Shown: positions 53,116 through 64,000 of the stretch, piece after piece
How the letters are laid out: each line of letters starts with the position of its first letter
Position numbering within the stretch: position 1 is the stretch's first letter
DNA from: Malacoraja senta
Taxonomy: Eukaryota
Length of the DNA: 64,000 bases
NCBI GenBank assembly: GCA_038087875.1
Contig: CM075994.1
Location: 8,186,001 to 8,250,000 of the forward strand
Direction: 5' to 3'
The notes under the pieces: generated by a model
Databases searched by the model: none
Told to the model about the DNA's origin: nothing
What the model saw: only the letters and a program-made list of their open reading frames with translations
Made by a program: the position numbers and the translations under genes

Positions 53116-56100
53116 ACATCCAAAGAACATCTATAGAAGTTGGGAGGTCATGTTGCAGTCGTATAAGACGTTGGTGAGATCGCATATATAATATTCAGTT
53201 CTGGGCACCGAGTTATGGGAAAGATATTGTCAAGCTTTAGTTAATATCACTGTTGAATATAGTAACTCTACTGTACATTTTACACTTTCACAAACTGCTG
53301 ATATAGTTTGCATGTTTGAATATATGTCTGAATTAAAAAATGAGTTCAAAGAAGATTTACGAGGATGTTGCCAGGACTATCGGGTGTGAGCTACAGGGAG
53401 AGGTTGAGCAGGCTGGGTCTCTATTCCTTGGAGCGCAGGAGGATGAGGGGTGATCTTATAGAGGTGTACAAGATCCTGAGAGGATTTGATCGGGTAGATG
53501 CACAGAGTCTCTTGCCCAGAGTAAGGGAATTGAGGACCAGAGGACATAGGTTCAAAGTGAAGGGGGAAAGATTTAATAGGAATCTGAGGGGTAACTTTTT
53601 CACACAAAGGGTGGTGGGTGTATGGAACAAGCTGCTAGAGGAGATAGTTGAGGCTGGGTCTATCCCAATGAGTGGTAACTTTTTCACACAAAGGGTGGTG
53701 CATTTATAATATTGTGTTCAGTTCTGGGCACCATATTATGGGAAAGATATTGTCAAGCTTGAAAGGGTTCAGAGAATATTGACGAGGATGTTGCGGGTGT
53801 GAGCTACAGGGAGAGGTTGAGTAGGCTGGGTTTTTAAGGGACTGCTCTTTCATCTTGCTGCATCAGCCCCAACCTCATGAATGGATTGTTTAAGAAGGAA
53901 CTGCAGATGCTGGAAAAGTTAAAGAGACAAAAATGCTGGAGAAACTCAGCGGGTGAGGAAGCATCTATGGAACGAAGGAATGGGCAACGTTTCGGGCTGA
54001 GACCTGAAACGGCGCCTATTCCTTCGCTCCTAGATGCTGCCTCGCCCGCTGAGTTTCTCCAGCATTTTTGTCTGCATTCAGGAATGGATTGGTGCCCTGT
54101 GTGTGTGTGATGGGCAGTGAGTGTTGAACTTGGCATCGGTGAGGGAAGCTTGCTGAACTTTACCCGCTCTGCTTGTTGACACATGTTGTGAAACTAACGA
54201 TGTCGCATTGCTCTTGGGAAAGTCTTGGCCGAATGATTGGAGCATTGTGCGTGATGTTATTATCTGTTATCCGCAAAAACAACACAGATGTCTGTAAGAA
54301 GGGAAAATGTTCCCCATGTTGGGCGAGTCCAGAACCAGGGGCCGCAGACTAAGAATAAAGGGGAGGCCATTTAAAACTGAGATAAGACAAACTTTTTTCA
54401 CAAAAAAAGAGTTGTGAATTTGTGGAATTCTCTGCCACAGAAGGCAGTGGAGGCCAATTCACTGGATAAATTTAAAACAGAGTTAGATAGAGCTCTAGGG
54501 GCTAGCGGAAACAAGGGGTATGGGGAGAAGGCAGGCATGGGTGACTGATTGTGGATGATCAGCCATGATCACAATGAATGGCGGTGCAGGCTCGAAGGGC
54601 CAAATGGCCTCCTCCTGCACCTATTTTCTATGTTTCTAAGGAACAGTAGATGCTGGCTTAAACCGAAGATAGACACAAAATGCCGGAGTAACTCAGCGGG
54701 ACAGGCAGCATCTCTGGAGAGAAGGAATGGGTGACGTTTCGGGACGAGATCCTTCTTCAGACTGATCAGGGATAAGGGAAACGAGAGATATAGACAGTGA
54801 TGTAGAGAGATAAACATAGAAACATAGAAAATAGGTGCAGGAGTAGGCCATTCGGCCCTTCGAGCCTGCACCGCCATAAAGAACATTGAATGAAAGATAT
54901 GCAAAAAAGTAACGATGATAAAGGAAATAGGCCATTATTAGCTGTTTGTAGGGTGAAAATGAGAAGCTGGTGCGACGGATGGGGGAGGGATAGAGAGAGA
55001 GGGAATGCCGGGGCTACCTGAAGTGTGAGAAATCAATATTCATACCACTGGGCTGTAAGCTGCCAAAGCGAAATATGAGATGCTGTTCCTCCAATTTGCA
55101 GTTAGCCATACTCTGACAATGGAGGAATGGGAAGAAGAATTAAAGTGTCCAACAACCAGGAGATCAGGTAGGTTCAGGCGAGCTGAACGAAGGTGTTCCA
55201 CGAAACGATTGCCCAGTCTACGTTTGGTCTCGCCGAAGGATAAAAGTCCACATCTTGAACAACAGATACAGTAGATGAGGTTGGAGGAGGTGCAAGTGAA
55301 CCTCAGCCTAACCTGAAAGGACTGTCGGGGTCCCTGGACAGAGTCGAGAGGGGAGGTATAGGGACAGGTGTTGCATCCTCTGAGGTTGCAGGGGAAGGTA
55401 CCTGGGGAGGGGGTGGTTTGGGTGGGAAGGGATGAGTTGATTATTATTAGCATTCTTATAGAAGCATACAAAATTCTTAAGGGGTTCGACAGGCTAGATG
55501 CAGGAAGATTGTTCCCGATGTTGGGGAAGTCCAGGACAAGGGGTCACAGTTTAAGGATTAAGGGGAAATCCTTTGGGACCGAGATGAGAAAAACATTTTT
55601 CACACAGAGAGTGGTGAATTTCTGGAACTCTGCCACAGAAGGTAGTTGAGGCCAGTTCATTGGCTATATTTAAGAGGAAGTTAGATGTGGCCCTTGTGGC
55701 TAAAGGGATCAGGGGGTATGGGGAGAAGGCAGGTATAGGATACTGATTTGGATGATCAGCCATGATCATATTGAATGGCGGTGCAGGCTCGAAGGGCTGA
55801 ATGGCCTACTCCTGCACCTATTTTCTATGTTTCTATGTTGATCAGGGAGTTTTCTTCATACCGCTGGGGTGCAAGCTGCCAAAGCGAAATATGAGGTAAA
55901 CATTTACCGATTATGAGAAAAAACATTTTATTGGCTTTAACCCACCCTGAGGTCAAATCCCAGAGAGCAGATTCCCGCAAGTAATTGGCCAATCCACATT
56001 TAATTTAAATAAAAACTAAAATGGACTGAACCTTATCGACGCAGGACAAGGTCGACTGATGTTAATAGTTAGCAAATTGCTTACGGTGGTACCAAACTAT

Positions 56101-57059
56101 GTTTATTTGGCAAGACTTGTGGCCAGCTCTTCCCATCTCCTGCGGTTGCAGGGGAAGGTACCTGGGGAGGGGGTGGTTTGGGTGGGAAGGGATGTTAACC
56201 AGGGAGTTGCGGAGGGAACGGTCTCTGCGGAAGGCGGAAAGGGATGGAGATGGGAAGATGTGGCCAGTGGTGGGATCCCGTTGGAGGTGGCGGAAATTTC
56301 AGAGCATATCTGTCTCTTTGTGCGTGATGTTATTATCTATTATCATTCTCTGTTATATTATCTGCCTCAACTATGTACAGGTCTGAGTAATGTAATTTAG
56401 GCGCTTTCCATCAAATCGTAACTCCCTGACTAAGGTGTTTAAGGAACTCAGATGAGGGCTAGTCCACACGTACACGTTTGTTCGACAGTATATATACCCG
56501 TCCTGTGTATTCTTGACGAACTGTCTCCCAGGGCAGTTTCTCCGTGATATCACATAATAATCCCTCACTCTTCAGGCCCTTCGGCCCACCGAGTCCGTGC
56601 CGACCAGCGCTCCCCGCACAGTAACACTATCCTACACACACACCAGGGACAGTTTACATTTACACCAAGCCAATTGACCTGCAAACCTGCACATCTTTGG
56701 AGTGTGGGAGGAAACCGGAGATCTTGGAGAAAACCTGCGCGAGTCACGGAGAGAACGTACAGACTCCATACAGATAGCACCCGTGGTCGGGATCGAACCC
56801 GGGTCTCTGGCGCTGTGATGCAGCAACTCTGCCGCTGCGTCACCGTGCCGGCCTGATCATTGTTGGGATAAAACCACTCCTGAACCTGGTGGACACGGTT
56901 TTCAGACGTCTCGGTGACAGTAGTGAGGGGGAGAAGGCAGGAGAATGGGGTTGGGAGAGATAGATCAGCCACGATTGAATGGCAGAGTAGACTTGATGGG
57001 CTGAATGGCCTAAATCTGCTCATAAAACGTGTGAACATGATATGAGAGTGTGAGTACCT

Positions 57060-57312
57060 GTGATGGATCTTCGATGGTGGGGAGGTCAGTATCTGTGTCC
57101 ACCACTCTCTGGAGATACATTTGATGATGGGATGTCAGTATCAGTGATGGATCTTCGATGGTGGGGAGGTCAGTATCAGTAATGGATCTTCGATGGTGGG
57201 GAGGTCAGTACCTGTGTCCACCACTCTCTGGAGATACATTCGATGGTGGGGAGGTCAGTACCTGTGTCCACTACTCTCTGGAGATACATTTGAAGGTGGG
57301 GAGGTCAGTACC
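57060..57312 (+). repeat. Short tandem repeat (~50-bp unit) upstream of gene 2
   Basis: Recurring unit GATGGTGGGGAGGTCAGTA(CCTGTGTCCACCACTCTCTGGAGATACATT). Confidence 0.85.
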
Positions 57313-57506
57313 CGTGAAGGACAGAGTAAACACCACGTCTACACAAGCATCTACTGTCAATTAGTAACGGTAAGTCAATATCGGTGAGGGTGAGCTGCTA
57401 AAAGCCACGGGAAGGCACTCTGAGAGTGCAGTTGGGTGGTGAGATCGACCCCCCTTCCCCTCGTCCTCCTCGCTCACACAGACCGAGGGGACCTCTCCTC
57501 CCAGCC

Positions 57507-57571
57507 ATGGACAGGGTGACCATCCTCGTTTGGTTCTGCGCCGTTGTACCGGCTACAGGACAGGACATGTC
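57507..57571 (+). CDS. C4: C4-like gene 2, exon 1 (signal peptide): MDRVTILVWFCAVVPATGQDM(S)
   Basis: gccATGG Kozak context, hydrophobic core with an A-T-G|Q cleavage-like site, gtaagt donor in phase 2 matching exon 2. Confidence 0.85.
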
Positions 57572-57641
57572 GTAAGTAGATGGTTTCTCACCCACCGCTG
57601 GGTAGCGTGTTATGTGAAGGGAAGGGGGGAGCAGAGGCATG

Positions 57642-58521
57642 GCACACACGCCAGGCACACACACACGCACGCATGCACACGCACGCACACATACACACAC
57701 GCACACACATACACACACACACAGACACACACGCACATGCACACACGCACGCACACACACGCACACACACACGCACGCACACACACACTCCCACATGCAC
57801 ACACACACATACCTACACACACGCAAACACACACATACCTACACACACACACGCGCACTCACACACACACGCACGTGCGCACACACACAGACACGCACGT
57901 ACGCATGCGCACACACACACACACGCACGCATGCACACAGATGCACACACACACGCGGGGTGTGCTGGAGAGAGGAAGTGCGTGTGAATGTTTGTGTGTT
58001 TCAATGTGTACTTGAATGTCTACGTTTGTGTGTGTGAGTGTGACTATATGTGTGAGTGTGTCAGTGTGTGTTTGAGTGGGTGTGTGACTATGTGCATGTT
58101 TGAGTGGGTGTGTGACTGTCTGAGTGTGTGTGACTGTGTTTGAGTGGGTGTGACTGTGTGTGATTGTATGCCGCATACAACACACGCACACACACACACA
58201 CACAGACACACGCACACAGACACACAGACACACACAGGCGACTGAGTCCTGAAAAGTGCCATATAAATAAAATCTATTATTATTATACACACGCACATGC
58301 ACACACACACGTAAACACACATACATACACACTCACTCCCACACACACACAGATTCACACAGATACACACAAACACACATGCATACACACACACACACAC
58401 AGACATGCACACACACTCACATGCATACATACAGACAGACACACACAAACACACATACACAAACACACACACACTGATATACACACACAGATCTACACAC
58501 ACACACACAAACAGACACACA
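57642..58521. repeat. Alternating (CA)n/(TG)n blocks filling intron 1 of gene 2
   Basis: Directly visible in the sequence. Confidence 0.9.
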
Positions 58522-58575
58522 TTGACAGAAGTGTAGGGTGTCACAGTTAATTGTTTTGTCTTCTCCTGTTGCCAG

Positions 58576-58768
58576 TTACCTGATCACTGCACCAAGCATC
58601 ATTCATGTTGATGTGCCAGAGAGCGTAACCGTTCAGCTCCACGGAGTCGCCAAGACGCTCAACGTCAAGGTCTATTTGTTCGATGAAATAACACAACAAA
58701 AAGTATCCGGAGACGTGGATTTTTCTCTATCGACGGAGAATAATCACCAAGAGATTAAAGACATAGTT
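58576..58768 (+). CDS. C4: C4-like gene 2, exon 2 (MG1): YLITAPSIIHVDVPESVTVQLHGVAKTLNVKVYLFDEITQQKVSGDVDFSLSTENNHQEIKDIV
   Basis: gccag/gtaagt boundaries, phase 2 to 0. YLITAP..I.V...E.V.VQ is the typical C3/C4/C5 N-terminus. Confidence 0.93.
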
Positions 58769-60698
58769 GTAAGTACATGCCTGCAGTTTCTTCCCAGCTG
58801 TTATCAGGCAACTGAACCATCCCATCACACAGAACCACACAGAGTCTGAGCTATAGGGAGAGGTTGAGCAGGCTGGGACTCTATTCCATGGAGTGCTGGA
58901 GAATGAGGGGAGATCTTATAGAGGTGTATTAAATCATGAGAGGAATAGATCGAATAGACGCACAGAGTCTCTTGCCCAGAGTAGGGGAATCGAGGACCAG
59001 AGGACATAGGTTCAAGGTGAAGAGGAAAAGATTTAATAGGAATCTGAGGGGCGATCTTTTCACACAAAGGGCGGTGGATGTATGGAACAAGCTGCCTGAG
59101 GAGGTAGTTGAGGCTGGGACTATCCCAATGTTTAAGAAACAGTTAGACAGGTACATGGTTAGGACAGGATTGGAGGGATATGGGCCAAGCGCAGCAGGTG
59201 GGATGAGTGTAGCTGGGACATGTTGGTCTGTGTGGGCAGGTTGGGCTGAAGGGCCTGTTTCCACACTGTCTCACTCTTATGACTCTACAACTTGCAAACT
59301 CCATGCAGTCAGCACCCCTAGTTGGGATCGAACCCGGGTATCTGGCGCTGTGAGGCAGCAACTCTACCCGCTGTGCCACCGTGCTGCCCTAAATGATGCA
59401 GTGTACGGCATCTTGGTGGCACGGTGGCACAGGAGTAGAGTTGCTGCCTCACAGCGCCAGAGACCCGGGTTCCATCCTGACTGCTGTCTGTACGGAGTTT
59501 GCACGTTCTCCCGTGCCCTACTTGGGTTTTCTCCGGGTGCTCTGGTTCCCTCCCACACTCCAGAGACACACAGGTTTGCAGGTTAATTGGCCTTGGGTCT
59601 GAATGTAATTTGACCCCAGTGTGCGTCGGGTGGTGTTAGTGTGCGGGGATCGCTGGTCGGCACGGACTCGGTGGGCCGAAGGGCCTGATTCACGGGAGGT
59701 GCTCTTGGAGGGGAGGATGGCTCCTCAAACTGCGGAGCATCCTGGACAATACAGCTCACCCCCTCCATGACACACTGGTCAACCTGAGGAGCACCTTCAG
59801 CAACAGACTGGTTCCACCAAGATGTAGCACAGAACGCCACAGGAGATCCTTCTTCCCTGTCGCTATCAAACTGTACAACCCCTCCCCCTTCTGTCGTGGG
59901 GTAGACTGAGTGACTCCCCTCACTGCCCCCCCTCCCCCCTCCCCCCCAATTCTTTCCACTCATCACTTTAATTTCATGTTTCATGTATTTTATGTTTTAT
60001 GACTGTTGGCAGATCAATTTCCCTCCTGGGATCAATAAGGTTCTATCGTATTGTGTTGTATGGTTTCCACTCTTTCTCCAAACTAAGCTAAACTACACAT
60101 TTTAAGTCGGAAATAAGATTAAATATTTAAAAGATCGAGGAGATGTCGGTTGTGGCACAGGATGGGGGTGCAGTCTGGGGCAGATCAACCATTGGTTCAT
60201 AAGTTTATTAGTGATAGAAACAGAATGAGAGCATTCGGCCCATCCAGTCTACTCCGCCATTCAATCATGGCTGATCTATCTCTCCCTTCTAACCCCATTC
60301 TCCTGCCTTCGCCCCATAACCCTTGACAAACCATGATCATGTTGAATGGTGGAACAGGCTCGAGGGGCTGAGTGGCCTTCTGCTGTTCCGATCTCAGAGG
60401 CACAGTACAGCACGGGAACAGGCCCTTCGACCCATCTGTGAGAGGGTTAGGGGAAGGAGTGTCATAGAGTCATACAGTGTGGAAACAGGCCCTTCAGCCC
60501 ATCTGTGAGAGGGTGAGGGGGATGAGTGTCATAGAGTGATACAGCGTGGAAACAGGCCCTACGGCCCATCTTGCCCGCACCGTCCAACATGTCCCAGCTA
60601 CACTTGTTACTCCAGCATTTTGTGTCATATCGTTGATTTAACCCAGCGTCTGCAGTTCCTTCCTGAACTAAACTAAACATGGCTTGTACACCACACAG

Positions 60699-60879
60699 GC
60701 ACCCTCCACCAGAGTGAAGCAGTTGGACTTGTGGCATCGCAAGACAGCATATCTCTCGTTAGCGGCAGAGTGCTCCGACCTCTTCAGTGGGAGGAGGGTG
60801 ACTCAGGTCCTGCTCTCCTCCAGGAAGGGCTACATATTCATCCAGACCGACAAGCCGATATACACCACCGATGAACAAG
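60699..60879 (+). CDS. C4: C4-like gene 2, exon 3 (MG1/MG2): APSTRVKQLDLWHRKTAYLSLAAECSDLFSGRRVTQVLLSSRKGYIFIQTDKPIYTTDEQ
   Basis: acacag/gtgagt boundaries, phase 0 to 1. Contains the family signature GYIFIQTDKPIY; LLSSRKG is C4-like. Confidence 0.95.
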
Positions 60880-61087
60880 GTGAGTGGGGCAGCGACGCAT
60901 GCCTTTTCTTGCGGTTTGCATTGCGCTAGGGCGGCGCGGTGATGGGAGACAAAGTAGGCCATTCATAAGGTCATGAAGGAAAGGAGCAGCATTAGGCCAT
61001 TCGGCCCATCGTCTACTCCGCCATTCAATCATGGCTGATCTGTCTCTCCCTCCTAACCCCATTCTCCTGCCTTCTCCCCATAACCCC

Positions 61088-64000
61088 TGACACCCGTACT
61101 AATCAAGAATAGTAAGATTAAACGAGAACTTACCAGTTTGAAGTTTGATCTTTATTTTATGAGGAGTTACGTTGAGGGATTACGTGAAGAACCCGCCAGC
61201 ACGCATGCGCGTCAATCTTCAAAGCAGCGGTGTGAGATCACAGATAACAGTTTATTGAACTAAATATAGTGAGATAAGAGAAGACTAGAATACCAGCCGA
61301 CCTTTATGATAGAGGGTTGGGCGTGGAGGGCACGTAATCCCTCAATGTATCTCTTCATAAAATAAAGATCAAACTTCAAACTGGTAAGTTCTCGTTTATT
61401 CTTACTATTTTACTTCGGAGTCACGTGAGTGACTACGTGAAGATTTCAAAGCTCTGTGATTTCATGCCGTGGAAACAAGTCCATGCATCACTCACTGCAT
61501 CAATTGACCAATGATGAGTGAACATTAATAATGCAGTCAGACATGACATTGATATAGACATGTTGATGCTTTTAATGCACAATTAATGATAATAGTAAGC
61601 CTGAAGCGGGAACTTGCTGAATTTTTTGCAAGACCCGTCTGATGAGGCAAAATAGAGGGAGACATAAAAGAACATTTCTTCCCAGTGTAGCGAGAATGCA
61701 TCCATCGCCACTGATATGCCATATATTTTTTGCAACTGGTGATTGAGCCTGGATGCAAATATCTCGATCTTTTAGTGTTCCATCGAGCCACAGTCATTAA
61801 ATACTTTGTGATCCAACATCCATTCTGTGTTATCATTGATTTTACATGATGATACACCAGTGCCAAATGAGGGTAGGTAAACTATCACCGGATACTTTGA
61901 CTTGGTTGCACCCATGTGATTAACATACCACCACCAAAGTGCATCAACTTGGACTTGAGCATGCAGATCATGCATATTCGCACAAACCTTTAACCCATAG
62001 AATGTACCTAGTGTCTATAGGTAGTTGATACCTTATAACTGAAGAATTGGCAACTCATGCAATCCCATCCGCCTCCATAACTAGAGATGGTATTAGTAAT
62101 TTTCCATCTTTGAGCAATAGCATCAGTTTGTAATTAACTGAAGATTTACTGCTGAAAAGTTAGTGGAGCAATGCTGAATACTGTTCGTCTACCATGGTGA
62201 CTTTGATACTTTCAGCTGGAATAGCATAGGTCTGGTAACAATGACCTACGTGGTACTTGAGAGCTTGCTCTTTTGCATGTTGTATACTGATAATGCAAAG
62301 GCCAAATAGCACAGCTGAAAGCCAATATATTGCCAATTACAATTGATGAATAGAAGGCTGCTTGATAACAACAACAAGGTTGTTACAGGCTTCAATTAAT
62401 TCCAATCTCTTGCCTCAGGGCAGAGTCCCAGACAATTTAATAGAGTTAAAGGTAAATCCCAATAATCAATAATTTCAGTTGGTATCAACTTAAATGTAAC
62501 TGGATGGGTGAGAAACCCAATTTCTCAAATATAGTTTGGTGGCTGATAAAGCTAATTTAGCAAAATACAGCGTTTAGTATATCATCCTGGCTGTAAAGGC
62601 CAGTCGATAGGTCATAACAATTTGTTTTTTAGCTCTGAGCAGTCGAAGCACTGGTTTTAGTAATTTGGTAAATAACCTGGGAGCTGAAGTTAGCCCATTT
62701 TGCAACGCTTTTAACTGTATTATTGCCCCATCCAGCTAAATTTCAAATACCTCCAGTGCCCTGTGAATGGAAACTGATCCCATGGAAGTTAAACAGTCAC
62801 AAAGTTTCTTATTCAGAAATGTCTATACTGCACATGTGAGTTGAACCTGTTGACAATGAACAGGCCACATCTAGCATAATTGCGAGCCTGCCTTGAAAGG
62901 CAACTCCAGCCATATTTCCGAGAACTCTGGCCAAATTCTGTGCCTGTCTCGCTTGTATACTGTGCAGTATAAACTAATCTCATGTTATCATTTTAATTAT
63001 AAACAGAACTGAATCTTATGTTATCATTGTCATCTGTACAAAAAACAGTAAATATTACCCACTTGTAAATGGTCCACATACCCCATGTTTCGGAAAGAAC
63101 CAGACCCACCTACCTTCATGGTTATCGGTGGTTTTATGGTAAGCCCAAAGGCCGCTGATGCAGGTTCTATTTCCGTCCATGATTTGGAGAGTAGGACTGC
63201 TGGGGTACGTGGATCCCATATTTTCCCTTAGGGCTGGTTTTGGGCATTGGCCTAAAAGACATGCACTCAGCTTTCAACCTGCCACCAGCTTCAGTGAACG
63301 GCTTCCTGCCGATGAAGGCGTGGGGTGTGTTGTCGCCGACACAATGAAGCTTTGCTTGTCGTTGGTACTTTGATTAGTCCGACAGCTTTTGTTTCCTCAT
63401 CCCGGTCTTACCTGTTTGAACAGGTTTTTCCCGTGAAGAGAAGATTCGGCGGCTGGACATTACTGGGTTCATGCTGCCACCAATATCACCCCAGATAGCG
63501 CTGTTCACTGCTGGCACTTTCAGGAACCCTTTCACCTGTTCCTATAATGATGTGATGTGAGGTAGCTGCTGCTCCGCGAGGGGAACTCTGGCCCCTCCGG
63601 GTTTTCTGCCAATGGCTAGAAGTCAACTTTTCCAGCAGGAGCTTCTTCGTTTGCGAGGATATCGCAACCCTTGATGCCATGACATAAAGTTCTGGAACCT
63701 CACGTATGTACTCCAGTATGTTCCCCTGACATACTTCTGAGTTTGGAGCCAGTTACCAACTGACCCCTCGCACTCACCTTTACAGATAGGGAGATTTCCA
63801 TGGACCATATGAGGATGGAGCATTATCTTAGTGGGATGAACGCCCTGTGGACGCTATCCAAGCTCCATCTGCGTAAAAACATCCGAGGACGTACCTATGT
63901 CGGAGGGGAACCCTCCTGGCCTGACTCCAGTCTAGGCCTTTCAGACTCTTAGGCTCTTACCCTCTGCGGGCTGCCGGAGTCTGAAGTCGCCGCCGGCTAC
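61088..64000 (-). mobile_element. Second copy of the same DIRS family, internally deleted, runs off the window end
   Basis: Reverse complement of the right ITR, ICR and RT region of 24861-29643. Jumps near 61597-61600 from the 3' region to the equivalent of ~27998, so the recombinase region is lost. Confidence 0.9.

Noticed and set aside
54072..54110. Possible terminal exon (G)MDWCPVCV-stop for gene 1
   Set aside because: The acceptor comes from the tail of a Penelope-derived repeat, and there is no similarity to the expected G[LI]CVA.P segment.
2344..60879. Assignment of the two genes as C3, C5 or A2M rather than C4
   Set aside because: Motifs GE.EE, T.R...PG.PF..Q|ALV, YYYM|ILS.G, VF...YD.G and LLSSR.G fit C4 best by eye. 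A phylogeny is still needed to confirm this.

Overview
Eukaryotic, repeat-dense genomic DNA. The HE1/V-SINE-type SINEs, HER1/CR1 LINEs and Penelope fragments point to a cartilaginous fish, probably a skate or ray (inference). It has two 200-N gaps (21503-21702, 45302-45501). Most ORF-track entries are repeat fragments or low-complexity artefacts. Reading splice sites by hand shows two head-to-tail complement C4-like (alpha-2-macroglobulin/thioester-protein family) genes on the + strand. Gene 1 has 11 confident exons plus 1 candidate (2344-45142; its 5' end is upstream of the window), and they splice into one stop-free frame of about 460 codons. It appears to lack the whole MG3 exon block, the anaphylatoxin exon, the tetrabasic beta/alpha cleavage site and both linker cysteines. 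No MG7/CUB/thioester/MG8/C345C exons are visible before gene 2 starts, although one gap intervenes. Gene 2 (exons 1-3, 57507-60879) begins with a Kozak ATG and signal peptide and runs off the window. The best candidate for a novel system is therefore a tandemly duplicated, domain-stripped 'mini-C4' secreted protein. Introns and the intergenic interval also hold a full-length degenerate DIRS1-type retrotransposon and a deleted second copy, a nearly intact Tc1 transposon, a solo LTR, Helitron-like arrays, Harbinger and hAT MITEs, and many Penelope-derived minimal hammerhead ribozyme motifs.
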